Assembly (NCBI GenBank): GCA_022848765.1
Contig: JAJISJ010000019.1
Location: 1-18,708 of the forward strand
DNA length: 18,708 nucleotides
Reading direction: 5' to 3'
From: Thermoplasmatota archaeon
Lineage (GTDB): Archaea; Thermoplasmatota; E2; DHVEG-1
Below the pieces are notes generated by a model, which saw only the letters and a list, made by a program, of their open reading frames with translations, had not been told where the DNA came from and searched no databases. The translations under genes and the position numbers were made by a program. Below are positions 7,604-16,426 of this stretch, piece after piece (positions within the stretch are counted from its first letter, which is position 1; every line of letters begins with the position of its first letter).

Positions 7604-9247
7604 TTAATTATCTTGGATAATACTTCCCGCTTGGATTTCAAAACCAATAATTGGATGTTCTAATTCAAAATGGATTATTGTCTCTGGATGGAGTTCCCCA
7701 AAATAACCTATCTCCCTATGATGATGGATGATTGAAGCGCATCTGCCATCTATAAAAGCTGGATGATTTTTTTCATCTATCTTATATTTTTTCCCAATAT
7801 CTCTCATAATTGCATCAATTGTTGATTTACACTCTGAGAAATTGGATTTTGCATCCATTTTTAATCCTGCAAGATTATATTTGTTTTTATAATTTTTATC
7901 AACTATTATTCCTAATTCAAAAATTTTTTGGGGAAGTGAATGATGCCTATTTTCTTTTAATATGTTTAATAATGAGGGTAATAGACTTATTCTTAGGCAG
8001 GAATATTCTTCGCTAATAGGATTTATTATTTGTACTCTTTCTTTTATCTTATCATTCATTTTTTCAAATTCATTTTTTTCATTAGAGATTGTGAAGGTTG
8101 TTACTTCATTATAACCTAAACCAATCATTATATTTCTTAATACATTGAATAAATTAAAATGTTTTAATAAGCGCCCATATGTTAATGATTTTGGATAATC
8201 GATCTCAAATTTATCATAACCATATCCAACAGATACATCTTCAACAATATCTATTTTATGTAAGATATCAATTCTCCAAGATGGTATCTTAATTTTAATT
8301 AGATCTTCTTCAATTACTTCGGTGTCATATCCCATTTTCTTTAGAGATTTAGTGACTTCTTTTACTTTCATATTTGTTCCAAGAATTTTATTAATATAAC
8401 TAACGGATATTTCTCTTTTTTTGGGTGTTAAATTTGGTGAAATATAAGACATGTCATCATATTTAACCAAAGTATTGAAAATTTTTCCCCCTCTTTCAGC
8501 AAGAGCAGTTGTAATTATATTTAATGCATAATTTATTGGATTTAAATTATTTCCAGTAACATCAATAAATAAATCAGTTGTGAATGGGGTAACTTCGGTA
8601 AGTATTCCGTTTATTATAGGGGGAAAAGATAATACATTTTCTAAAGAATCAACTATTAAAGGATATTTTTTATAACCATCTAACAAATGAGCGTAATCAA
8701 TTCCTTTTTCATGCTTTTTAAGGATTTCATCTAATGTCATTGATTCAATTTTTGCTAATGGAACAAATTCAACTGAATTAGGATCAACCGCTTTATATAC
8801 AAAGGGGGGTTTGATGGGATCAAAATTATGAACGCCAATAGCAACTTTTTTACGATTTCTGCCTATTCCAAAATGTAATTTTTCTTGCAAATCCATTAAT
8901 GATGAAATAAGTTCATCTGTCATAGTAATGTTTTTCACAAGAGCGCAACTTACATAAGGGCGAATATTTTTTACTGAATTGTCAACCTGAATGGTGATAT
9001 CTGAATTATTAATATCATAATTTTTTAAACCAAGTTCAAAGCCAAAAAAGTTTCTTGAAGCTCTTGCGATACCTTCAACAGATGCAAGATCAGGTCTATT
9101 TGGAAAGAATTCAATACTTATTTTATTGCCCTCTATTTTATCAAAATCTGCTCCAATCATTGGTAATCTATTGATTAATTCTTCTTTTGATATGTCATAA
9201 CCTAATAAATTAAGAAAATCTTCATAATCAAATGTTATAACTGGCAT
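7604..9247 (-). CDS. pheT: phenylalanyl-tRNA synthetase beta subunit (archaeal type)
   Basis: 547 aa. The N-terminus MPVITFDYEDF..LG......L..RLPMIG....IEG..I.IEFFPNRPDL and the overall length are typical of archaeal/eukaryal-type PheRS beta. Confidence 0.9.
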   Translation of the reverse strand: MPVITFDYEDFLNLLGYDISKEELINRLPMIGADFDKIEGNKISIEFFPNRPDLASVEGIARASRNFFGFELGLKNYDINNSDITIQVDNSVKNIRPYVSCALVKNITMTDELISSLMDLQEKLHFGIGRNRKKVAIGVHNFDPIKPPFVYKAVDPNSVEFVPLAKIESMTLDEILKKHEKGIDYAHLLDGYKKYPLIVDSLENVLSFPPIINGILTEVTPFTTDLFIDVTGNNLNPINYALNIITTALAERGGKIFNTLVKYDDMSYISPNLTPKKREISVSYINKILGTNMKVKEVTKSLKKMGYDTEVIEEDLIKIKIPSWRIDILHKIDIVEDVSVGYGYDKFEIDYPKSLTYGRLLKHFNLFNVLRNIMIGLGYNEVTTFTISNEKNEFEKMNDKIKERVQIINPISEEYSCLRISLLPSLLNILKENRHHSLPQKIFELGIIVDKNYKNKYNLAGLKMDAKSNFSECKSTIDAIMRDIGKKYKIDEKNHPAFIDGRCASIIHHHREIGYFGELHPETIIHFELEHPIIGFEIQAGSIIQDN

Positions 9248-9365
9248 GTAATTTGGGAAATAAGGTTTTAGTATATTTGATTTTGGTGAAATAAATATAT
9301 TTATACTTGTTAATATGCTTATTATATGTCGATATTGAATTAAGGAATATATGTTGGTGTAAATT

Positions 9366-9992
9366 TTGAAAATACTATCATTAGCAGATATACATGGGTC
9401 ACAATATAGATTAAATATTGTACTAAAAAATATCGAAAAATATACTCCTGATTTGATTGTTATTTGTGGGGATATAACACAATTTGGGCCAGCAGACGTT
9501 GCAATAAATATACTAAATCAAATTAAAGTAAAAACATTAGCGATTCACGGAAATATTGACTCTAATGAAATTTTGAAAGCAATTGATTATAGTAAAGCAA
9601 TTAATATTCATCTAAAAAAAGAAATTGTTGATAATATTCCTTTTATTGGTATAGGGGGTGAAATAGATGTCCAATTTGATTTACAAATTAAAGTTAATGC
9701 TTCTTTTAAACCGATAGGAGAAATTTTAGATAAATCGACAGTTCTTGTAACACATATTCCGCCTTATGGATTACAAGATAAATTTTTTCTTGGTTTGAAC
9801 TCTGGTAGTAAAGATTTAAAAAAAATTATTAATAAGTATAATCCTCGACTTGTTTTATGTGGTCATATACATGAAAATCCTGGTTTTATCAAATTCAAGA
9901 ATACAACTATTATTAATTGTAGTATTGGTAAAACGGGTGGTGGAGCTCTAATTGAATTGAATAATAAAATTAATGTAAAAATGTTGGATTAA
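9366..9992 (+). CDS. metallophosphoesterase (calcineurin-like, YfcE/MJ0936-type)
   Basis: 208 aa with the ordered motifs LADIHG, CGDITQFG, HGNID, THIPP and CGHIHE. The start codon is TTG. Confidence 0.75.
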   Translation: MKILSLADIHGSQYRLNIVLKNIEKYTPDLIVICGDITQFGPADVAINILNQIKVKTLAIHGNIDSNEILKAIDYSKAINIHLKKEIVDNIPFIGIGGEIDVQFDLQIKVNASFKPIGEILDKSTVLVTHIPPYGLQDKFFLGLNSGSKDLKKIINKYNPRLVLCGHIHENPGFIKFKNTTIINCSIGKTGGGALIELNNKINVKMLD

Positions 9993-10038
9993 TCATAATA
10001 CATCTAATATGAAAAATTTATATTAATACTATAATTTT

Positions 10039-11712
10039 TTAATTATTTTTTATTTTTGACCATTTATCTCTTAATTCTACAGTTTGATTTATAACCAATT
10101 TTTTATCATTTTTGTCTGGATCGATACAGAAATAACCTTTTCTTAAAAATTGAAACCTATCAAATGGTTTTAATTCCGAAACAGCGGACTCAATTTTACA
10201 ATTCTTTAAAATTTTTAAAGAATTTGAATTTATAAAATCTTTATAATCTTGACCCTTTTTACCTGTAGGATTCTCAATTGTAAATAATCGGTCATATAAA
10301 CGAACTTCAGCATCAATTGCTTTCTGTAATGATACCCAATGTATAGTTGATTTAACTTTTCGGCCATCTGGGGAATTCCCTCCTTTTGTATTATGATCAA
10401 TAGTACATGTTAACTCTTTTGTTATTTCTCCCTCTTTAATCACGTCATTACATTTTAAAAAATATGCATTGACTAATCTAACTTCCCTTCCAGGTGCTAA
10501 TCTATAAAATTTCTTTGAAGGATATTCCATAAAATCATCTTGTTCAATATATAATGATTTTGAGAAAGGTACCTTTCGGATTCCTGCATTAGCATCCTCA
10601 GGATTATTAATTACGTTCATATCATCAATTAGATCATTTGGGTAATTTTCTATTGTTATTTTTAATGGTCGAAGAACTCCCATAAATCTGGGAACTGTTT
10701 TATTTAAATTTTCGCGGACACAATGTTCTAGGAAATCAACAGGTATATTACTATTTACTTTGGCAACTCCAATTCTCCTACAAAAATCTCTTATGGATGC
10801 TGGTGAATAACCTCTTCTTTTCATACCTTTTATAGTTGGTAAACGGGGATCATCCCATCCATTTACATAATTTTTATTTACCAATTCTAATAGCATTCTT
10901 TTACTCATAACAGTGTATGTAAGATTTAAACGAGCAAATTCAATTTGTTGGGGCTGAAAAATTTTCAATTCTTTTAGAAACCAGTCATATAATGGTCTAT
11001 GATTTTCAAATTCAAGGGTACAAATGGAGTGAGTAATTTTTTCGATTGAGTCTTCTAGACCATGGGCCCAGTCATACATTGGATAAATACACCATTCATC
11101 TTTTGTACGATGATGATAAGCATGTAAAATTCTATACATAACAGGGTCTCTCATATTCATGTTGGGATGTGACATATCTATTTTAGCGCGAAGTACTTTC
11201 TCACCGTCCTTAAAATAACCCTTTTTCATTAATTCAAATAATTCAAGATTTTCTTCTATCGAACGATCACGATACGGACTATTTTTTCCAGATTTATTCA
11301 CAGTTCCACGGTTATAACTTATTTCATTAGCATTTTGATCATCAACATATGCCTTTCCAGATTTAATTAGAACAATAGCATAATTATACATCTGAGGAAA
11401 ATAATCTGAAGCATAATATATTCTATCTTCCCAATCAAAACCAAGCCATCCAACATCATCAATTATTGATTTGACATATTCATCACCCTCTTTAATAGGA
11501 TTAGTATCATCAAATCTGAGATTGCATTTTCCATTATATTCTTCAGCGATTCCAAAATTTAAACAAATTGACTTTGCATGACCAACATGTAAATGTCCAT
11601 TTGGTTCAGGTGGAAATCGAGTATGTACCCGACTATCGTTCTTTTTTGTTTTTAAATCTTTATTTATGATTTCCCTTATAAAATCATGTGAATATTTTTC
11701 ATCATTAGCCAT
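10039..11712 (-). CDS. glnS: glutaminyl-tRNA synthetase, bacterial-type architecture
   Basis: 557 aa, collinear by eye with E. coli GlnRS along its full length. Shared segments are [33 protein letters not shown] (HIGH), [75 protein letters not shown] (KMSKS), [47 protein letters not shown] and [12 protein letters not shown]. There is no eukaryote-type N-terminal extension. Confidence 0.9.
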   Translation of the reverse strand: MANDEKYSHDFIREIINKDLKTKKNDSRVHTRFPPEPNGHLHVGHAKSICLNFGIAEEYNGKCNLRFDDTNPIKEGDEYVKSIIDDVGWLGFDWEDRIYYASDYFPQMYNYAIVLIKSGKAYVDDQNANEISYNRGTVNKSGKNSPYRDRSIEENLELFELMKKGYFKDGEKVLRAKIDMSHPNMNMRDPVMYRILHAYHHRTKDEWCIYPMYDWAHGLEDSIEKITHSICTLEFENHRPLYDWFLKELKIFQPQQIEFARLNLTYTVMSKRMLLELVNKNYVNGWDDPRLPTIKGMKRRGYSPASIRDFCRRIGVAKVNSNIPVDFLEHCVRENLNKTVPRFMGVLRPLKITIENYPNDLIDDMNVINNPEDANAGIRKVPFSKSLYIEQDDFMEYPSKKFYRLAPGREVRLVNAYFLKCNDVIKEGEITKELTCTIDHNTKGGNSPDGRKVKSTIHWVSLQKAIDAEVRLYDRLFTIENPTGKKGQDYKDFINSNSLKILKNCKIESAVSELKPFDRFQFLRKGYFCIDPDKNDKKLVINQTVELRDKWSKIKNN

Positions 11713-11748
11713 ATTTCTTCACTTTTTTAACTATATGATTATTAAATA

Positions 11749-11820
11749 CAGCCCCGGCCAGATTCGAACTGGCGCTAAGAGATCCAGAGTCTCTTATGCT
11801 AACCGCTACACCACGGGGCC
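11749..11820 (-). tRNA. tRNA-Gln (anticodon CUG)
   Basis: I folded it by hand from the reverse complement GGCCCCGTGGTGTAGCGGTTAGCATAAGAGACTCTGGATCTCTTAGCGCCAGTTCGAATCTGGCCGGGGCTG. The acceptor stem is GGCCCCG/CGGGGCT (G1:U72 wobble) and the D arm is GTGT/GCAT with GG in the loop. The anticodon stem is AGAGA/TCTCT with loop CT-CTG-GA. The T arm is GCCAG-TTCGAAT-CTGGC. The discriminator is G and no CCA is encoded. Confidence 0.9.
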
Positions 11821-11883
11821 AAATTTTTTTTTTAAATGTGTAGAAATTATTTTAATTAAATCATTTATCAAATAAATTTTTTA

Positions 11884-12972
11884 TCAATTTTCTTTGTTTA
11901 AAAATATAGTTTGTGTTGGAAACGCCATTTCAATACCTTCTTTTTCAAATGCTTCTTTTATTGCAAAATTTATCTCCTGTTGAACATCCATATAAACTGT
12001 ATAATCTTTATTACGAATATAATATACAACTTCGAAATTAAGACTAAAATCACCGAATTCTTTGAAATGTATTCTAAGTACCTCTAAAATTTCATTTTTC
12101 TCAATAATTTCTTTTACTATATTTGGAATTTTTTTCAGTTTTTTTGAGGGTGTATTGTAGGTGACACCGAAACTAAAACTAGCTCTTCTTTTCTTTAATT
12201 TCTTAAAATTTCTTACACTTGTAGAGGTTAACACAGAGTTGGCTAATACAAGTTCCTCTCCTTGAAGTAATTGTACACGTGTAGATTTCATACCAATTTT
12301 TTTAACATTTCCAGAATATTCACCTACAATAATGAAATCTCCTATTTCAAATGGTTTATCAAAATATATAGAAAAAGCACTAAATATATCCCCAAGAACA
12401 TTTTGTAAAGCAAATGCAATAGCAATACCACCAACTCCTAAACCAACAACAATACCTGAAAGATCAATTTTCAGTACATATAATATTATTAAAAAGGCAA
12501 ATAAAAAAATTATAGCATTAATTATTTTTTTTAAAATAAAAAGTATATGTTCACTCATTTCTCTCTTTGATCTTTTCTCTGAATACCATGCAATAACTAC
12601 ATTTACAACTCTAGTTATAATAAATGTTGCTAGTAGTATTTCAGCTATTGTAAATATAAATGTAAAAACCTCTGAATAATTTTCAAGTATTGCAAGGGTT
12701 TCAAAAGCAGAATATAGTCCTATAAGAATAACAAAAAAATAAATTGGTTTTTTTATGTTTTTTAGTATTTCATCATCTAAATTTGTTTTTGTTTTTTCTG
12801 CCCATCGAGTAAAATAACGTTCAAAAATATAGTAAACTATCCAACCTATTATTATGAAAAATAAAAATATACTTACTGATGCTATAACCTGTTTAATAAA
12901 TGGACTTACATTAACGCCTAATGTATTAAAAACATCATTTATAAATTCCAATATATTTGTTCCTAAACTCAT
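11884..12972 (-). CDS. small-conductance mechanosensitive channel (MscS family)
   Basis: 362 aa with several N-terminal hydrophobic helices. These are followed by the pore/beta-domain signature GVGGIAIAFALQNVLGDIFSAFSIYFDKPFEIGDFI..G...G.V..IG...T. Confidence 0.85.
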   Translation of the reverse strand: MSLGTNILEFINDVFNTLGVNVSPFIKQVIASVSIFLFFIIIGWIVYYIFERYFTRWAEKTKTNLDDEILKNIKKPIYFFVILIGLYSAFETLAILENYSEVFTFIFTIAEILLATFIITRVVNVVIAWYSEKRSKREMSEHILFILKKIINAIIFLFAFLIILYVLKIDLSGIVVGLGVGGIAIAFALQNVLGDIFSAFSIYFDKPFEIGDFIIVGEYSGNVKKIGMKSTRVQLLQGEELVLANSVLTSTSVRNFKKLKKRRASFSFGVTYNTPSKKLKKIPNIVKEIIEKNEILEVLRIHFKEFGDFSLNFEVVYYIRNKDYTVYMDVQQEINFAIKEAFEKEGIEMAFPTQTIFLNKEN

Positions 12973-13041
12973 ATTACTCGATCACCCTTAAAAATAAAGC
13001 CCTACTTTAAGTTTTAGTTTAATTGTTCAATAAATCTATAA

Positions 13042-14691
13042 TTATCTAATCATAGGCATATTTAGATCGGAGTTTTTTACAAGTTTTATTGAATCAACAT
13101 AACCTGAATCAGCATGTCTAACAACTCCCATGCCCGGATCTGTTTTAAATACTCGCTTTATCCTCTCATCAGTTTCTATAGTTCCATCACAAACAACGAC
13201 CATGCCGGCATGAGTTGAAAAACCAATTCCAACCCCACCACCATTATGAATTTGAACGCTATCAGCACCTGCGGCACAATTTAACAATGCATTTATTAAA
13301 GGCCAATCAGCAATAATATCACTTTTATCTTTCATATTTTCAGTTTCTCTATATGGGGAAGCAACACTACCACTATCCAAATGATCTCTAGTTATTGCAA
13401 TTGGTCCTATATCAATGTCTCTCACCATTCTGTTTAATTTTAATGCGAATTTTTCCCGTTCACCATAACCTAACCAACATACTCTTGCTGGTAACCCTTC
13501 CCAGGGTAGATGTTTTTCCGCAAGTTTTATCCAATTTGATAATATTAGATCATTGGGAAACATTTCAATAACTGTTTTATCTGTTTTTAAAATATCATTA
13601 AAATCCCCTGATAATGCTATCCATCTAAATGGTCCTCTACCAATACATAACATAGGTCTAATATATTCAGGTACAAATCCTGGATAATCAAAGGCATTTT
13701 TTAATCCCGCTTTTAATGCTTGACCTCGAAGATTATTTCCATAATCAAAAACAATTGATCCATTATTATAAAAATCAATCATTGATCTGCAATGATTTTT
13801 CATACTAGATAATGATTTTTTTATATATTCAGTAGGATTACTCTCTCTAAGTTTAAATGCTTTATGCAATCTATTTCCATAATATCCTGACGGAATATAT
13901 CCATTTAATTCATCATGAGCTGATGTTTGATCTGTTACAATATCTGGAATAAATTTATCCTTTACTAACTTTGGTAAAATATCTGCACAATTGCCTAAAA
14001 ATCCTAACGAAAGAGACTGACTATTTTTTTTAGCAGATTCAACTAAATCAATTGCCTCATTAATATCATAAATTTTTTTATCACAAAATCCAGAATTTAC
14101 TCTTCTATCAATTCGTTTCTCGTCACATTCAATTGCAATACAAATACCTCCTGCCATTTTAACAGCAAGAGGCTGAGCGCCTCCCATTCCCCCCAATCCT
14201 CCAGTAATTACAATTTTTCCATTAAGATTGGCTTTAAAATGTTTTTTTGCTAATGAAGAAAATGTTTCATAAGTACCTTGAATAATTCCCTGAGTACCTA
14301 TATAACACCAAGAACCCGCAGTCATCTGACCATACATTATTAAACCCAATTTCTCTAAATCATAGAAATTCTCCCAAGAACTCCAATGAGGAACAATATT
14401 TGAATTAGCCATGATAACCCTTGGCGATTTTTCCCATGTTTTAAAAACAGCAACAGGTTTTCCTGATTGTATTATCATTGTTTCATCATTTTTTAAATTT
14501 TTAAGTGTTTCAACAATTTTATCATAACATTCCCAATTACGAGCGACTTTTCCAGTTCCGCCATAAACTATTAACTCTTCAGGTATCTCTGCATTTTCAA
14601 GATTATTTTCAAGCATTCTTAAAATTGCTTCTTGCTTCCAACCATTACATCTAAGAATATTACCTCTTGCAGCTTTAATATTTCTTCTCAT
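13042..14691 (-). CDS. hutU: urocanate hydratase
   Basis: 549 aa with RG..L.C.GW.QEA.LRML.NNL, VYGG.GK.ARNWE, MTAGSW.YIGTQGI.QGTYET and GGLGGMGGAQPLA (NAD site). The full length is collinear with urocanase. Confidence 0.95.
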   Translation of the reverse strand: MRRNIKAARGNILRCNGWKQEAILRMLENNLENAEIPEELIVYGGTGKVARNWECYDKIVETLKNLKNDETMIIQSGKPVAVFKTWEKSPRVIMANSNIVPHWSSWENFYDLEKLGLIMYGQMTAGSWCYIGTQGIIQGTYETFSSLAKKHFKANLNGKIVITGGLGGMGGAQPLAVKMAGGICIAIECDEKRIDRRVNSGFCDKKIYDINEAIDLVESAKKNSQSLSLGFLGNCADILPKLVKDKFIPDIVTDQTSAHDELNGYIPSGYYGNRLHKAFKLRESNPTEYIKKSLSSMKNHCRSMIDFYNNGSIVFDYGNNLRGQALKAGLKNAFDYPGFVPEYIRPMLCIGRGPFRWIALSGDFNDILKTDKTVIEMFPNDLILSNWIKLAEKHLPWEGLPARVCWLGYGEREKFALKLNRMVRDIDIGPIAITRDHLDSGSVASPYRETENMKDKSDIIADWPLINALLNCAAGADSVQIHNGGGVGIGFSTHAGMVVVCDGTIETDERIKRVFKTDPGMGVVRHADSGYVDSIKLVKNSDLNMPMIR

Positions 14692-14759
14692 AATATCTAA
14701 TTTCTTATAATAAAAATTTTATACTTAAACGTTTTTTAATAAAGAATATTGTGTTAAAA

Positions 14760-14837
14760 GGGAAGGATTTGGCTGGCCTCACTAGGAGGGGATGGGATGC
14801 ACTCTAACAAAAACTACCAGCCCGATTCCTTCCACCA
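14760..14837. ncRNA. orphan GC-rich structured element, probable small RNA of unknown class
   Basis: 40 of the 74 nt at 14760-14833 are G/C (54%), inside a spacer that is otherwise very AT-rich. A long closing helix pairs GGAAGGA (14761-67) with TCCTTCC (14827-33) and GGCTGG (14771-76) with CCAGCC (14817-22). A CCTC-ACTAG-GAGG hairpin lies inside. TATA-like boxes sit ~26 nt from the helix base on both strands, so the strand is unresolved. Confidence 0.4.
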
Positions 14838-14937
14838 CTGACATATAATTAGTATATATATATGCTTTTCGCTTAATAAAACTGTAAATGTAATTAAAAT
14901 TTTTTTTTATTTTACCGGTTGTTCATAATATAATTTA

Positions 14938-15153
14938 TTACATCAAAGAAATACTTACTACGTTATTTCCCCTTAATATTATTGTACCTAGACGTCTTTT
15001 TGTTTCTTCATATGTTTCTTCAACATCATCTAAAACCATATTCATATATTCGTCATATCCAGTAAGTTTACCATCAATGAATCTACCATCTTTTAATAGA
15101 AGAGATAATTTTTGATTAACTGATTTTTCTAGTACGTCTAAAGGTAATGCCAT
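14938..15153 (-). CDS. Sm-like archaeal protein (SmAP/LSm)
   Basis: Sm1/Sm2 fold signature: PLDVL......K.SLLLKDGR.IDGKLTGYDEYMNMVLDDVEE....RRLGTIILRGNNVVSI. I set the start at ATG 15153 (MALPLD), which has a TATA-like gatttaaaaa ~30 nt upstream and so suggests a leaderless mRNA. The tracked 92-aa ORF has an implausible 21-aa N-terminal extension. Confidence 0.85.
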   Translation of the reverse strand: MALPLDVLEKSVNQKLSLLLKDGRFIDGKLTGYDEYMNMVLDDVEETYEETKRRLGTIILRGNNVVSISLM

Positions 15154-15272
15154 GGAGATGGTGAAACATATTCTCCTTTTTAAATCATTCCCCAAAATAT
15201 TACTAAAAAATAACAAAAATTAAAAGCTAATGATCGATTCCCATTTTACTCTTGTTTGGGAGGAGATAAAAA

Positions 15273-16340
15273 ATGTCAGATGGAAATATTGTTCATGTAG
15301 TGGGTACAGGTACTATCGGTGAACCTCTAATTGGATTACTTTGCGATGCTAAACAGGATTTAGGAATTGATGAAATAACATTTTATAAACATTCTGCAAA
15401 CCCCTTAGATAGACCAAAAATTAAAGGATTGATAAATAGGGGCGCAAATTTGGCTGTAGCTAATGAAAAATTGAACGATTTTCAAGAAATCGGAACAGAG
15501 CCAATATATAATACTGAAGAAGCAATTAAACGCGCCTCAGTTATTATTGATTGCACTCCCAAAGGAACTGGATTAATGAATAAGGGGAAATACTATAATA
15601 AATATAAAAATCGTGTGAAGGGTTTTCTAGCTCAAGGATCTGAGTTTGGTTTTGGAAAAATGTATGCTTTAGGAATAAATGATGAAGCAATAAAAAAAGA
15701 GGATAAATTTATTCATATTGTAAGTTGTAATACTCATAATATGGCAGTATTGATACATACATTAGCAATTGAAAATAAAAAAAATTTATTAAAAGAGGGA
15801 AAATTTCTCTGTATTCGAAGAGCTAATGATATTAGTCAAGTAAAAAGTTTTATACCCTCCCCTGAAGTAGGAACTCATAATGATAAACAGATGGGAACAC
15901 ATCATGCAAGAGATATCTATCACCTTTATAATACTCTAGGAATAAAACTAAATGTTTTTTCAAGTGCATTAAAGCTAAATACACAATATATGCATTGTAT
16001 CTGGTATGATTTAAAAATAAATACAAAAATAACACCTGAAGAAGTAGTAAAAAAATTTGAGGATAACCCTAGAGTAGCAGTTACACAAAAAAAATCTGCA
16101 AATCTAGTATTTTCATTCGGTAGAGATCATGGTCATTATGGTAGAATACTCGATCAAACAGTTGTTGTTTTACCATCAATACATGTATTAAATAATAATG
16201 AAATTATTGGTTTTTGCTTTACACCCCAAGATGGGAATTCATTACTAAGTAGTATAGCAGCAACTGAACGATTTTTATATCCAAATTCTTATGAAGATAA
16301 ACTAAATTGCCTAGGAGCATTTTTATTACAGGAAGTATAA
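15273..16340 (+). CDS. archaeal type II glyceraldehyde-3-phosphate dehydrogenase family protein (divergent)
   Basis: 355 aa with a Rossmann N-terminus VHVVGTGTIGEPL and IIDCTP.G.G. Catalytic-Cys motif IVSCNTHN (compare VSCNTT), CIRRAND (compare IRRAADP) and GTHHARD (compare PSHHGPD). GGAGG lies upstream of the ATG. It is only distantly similar to canonical archaeal Gap. Confidence 0.6.
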   Translation: MSDGNIVHVVGTGTIGEPLIGLLCDAKQDLGIDEITFYKHSANPLDRPKIKGLINRGANLAVANEKLNDFQEIGTEPIYNTEEAIKRASVIIDCTPKGTGLMNKGKYYNKYKNRVKGFLAQGSEFGFGKMYALGINDEAIKKEDKFIHIVSCNTHNMAVLIHTLAIENKKNLLKEGKFLCIRRANDISQVKSFIPSPEVGTHNDKQMGTHHARDIYHLYNTLGIKLNVFSSALKLNTQYMHCIWYDLKINTKITPEEVVKKFEDNPRVAVTQKKSANLVFSFGRDHGHYGRILDQTVVVLPSIHVLNNNEIIGFCFTPQDGNSLLSSIAATERFLYPNSYEDKLNCLGAFLLQEV

Positions 16341-16426
16341 TTGGAAATTTAATAATTCCATCTAATTAAATTTAAAATATCTTAAAATACTTAAGTTTTC
16401 ATAAAATATTCACTAGGATAATAAAT

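Noticed and set aside
11666-11875. 69-aa plus-strand ORF
   Set aside because: It overlaps the glnS start and runs straight through the tRNA-Gln gene on the opposite strand. The open frame is explained by the tRNA and by AT-rich spacer sequence.
12332-12679. 115-aa plus-strand ORF, the longest unexplained ORF in the track
   Set aside because: It is fully antisense to the well-supported MscS channel gene. The hydrophobic, low-complexity translation mirrors the transmembrane-coding region of mscS, and it has no independent start signals.
14761-14837. tRNA-like reading of the GC-rich element: a 7-bp terminal stem followed by A-CCA
   Set aside because: The interior cannot form D, anticodon or T arms. 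It has no TTCGAAT-type T-loop and no 5-bp T stem, and the tRNA-Gln in this window does not encode CCA. The ACCA is probably coincidental.
14761-14845. Classifying the GC-rich element as a C/D box sRNA, an H/ACA sRNA or a fluoride riboswitch
   Set aside because: There is no RUGAUGA C box; only one CUGA occurs, downstream of the helix. The lower stem is too long, and no ACA directly follows it, for a canonical archaeal H/ACA. A GGGGAUGG...AAC resemblance to the fluoride riboswitch lacks the pseudoknot partner and any suitable downstream gene.
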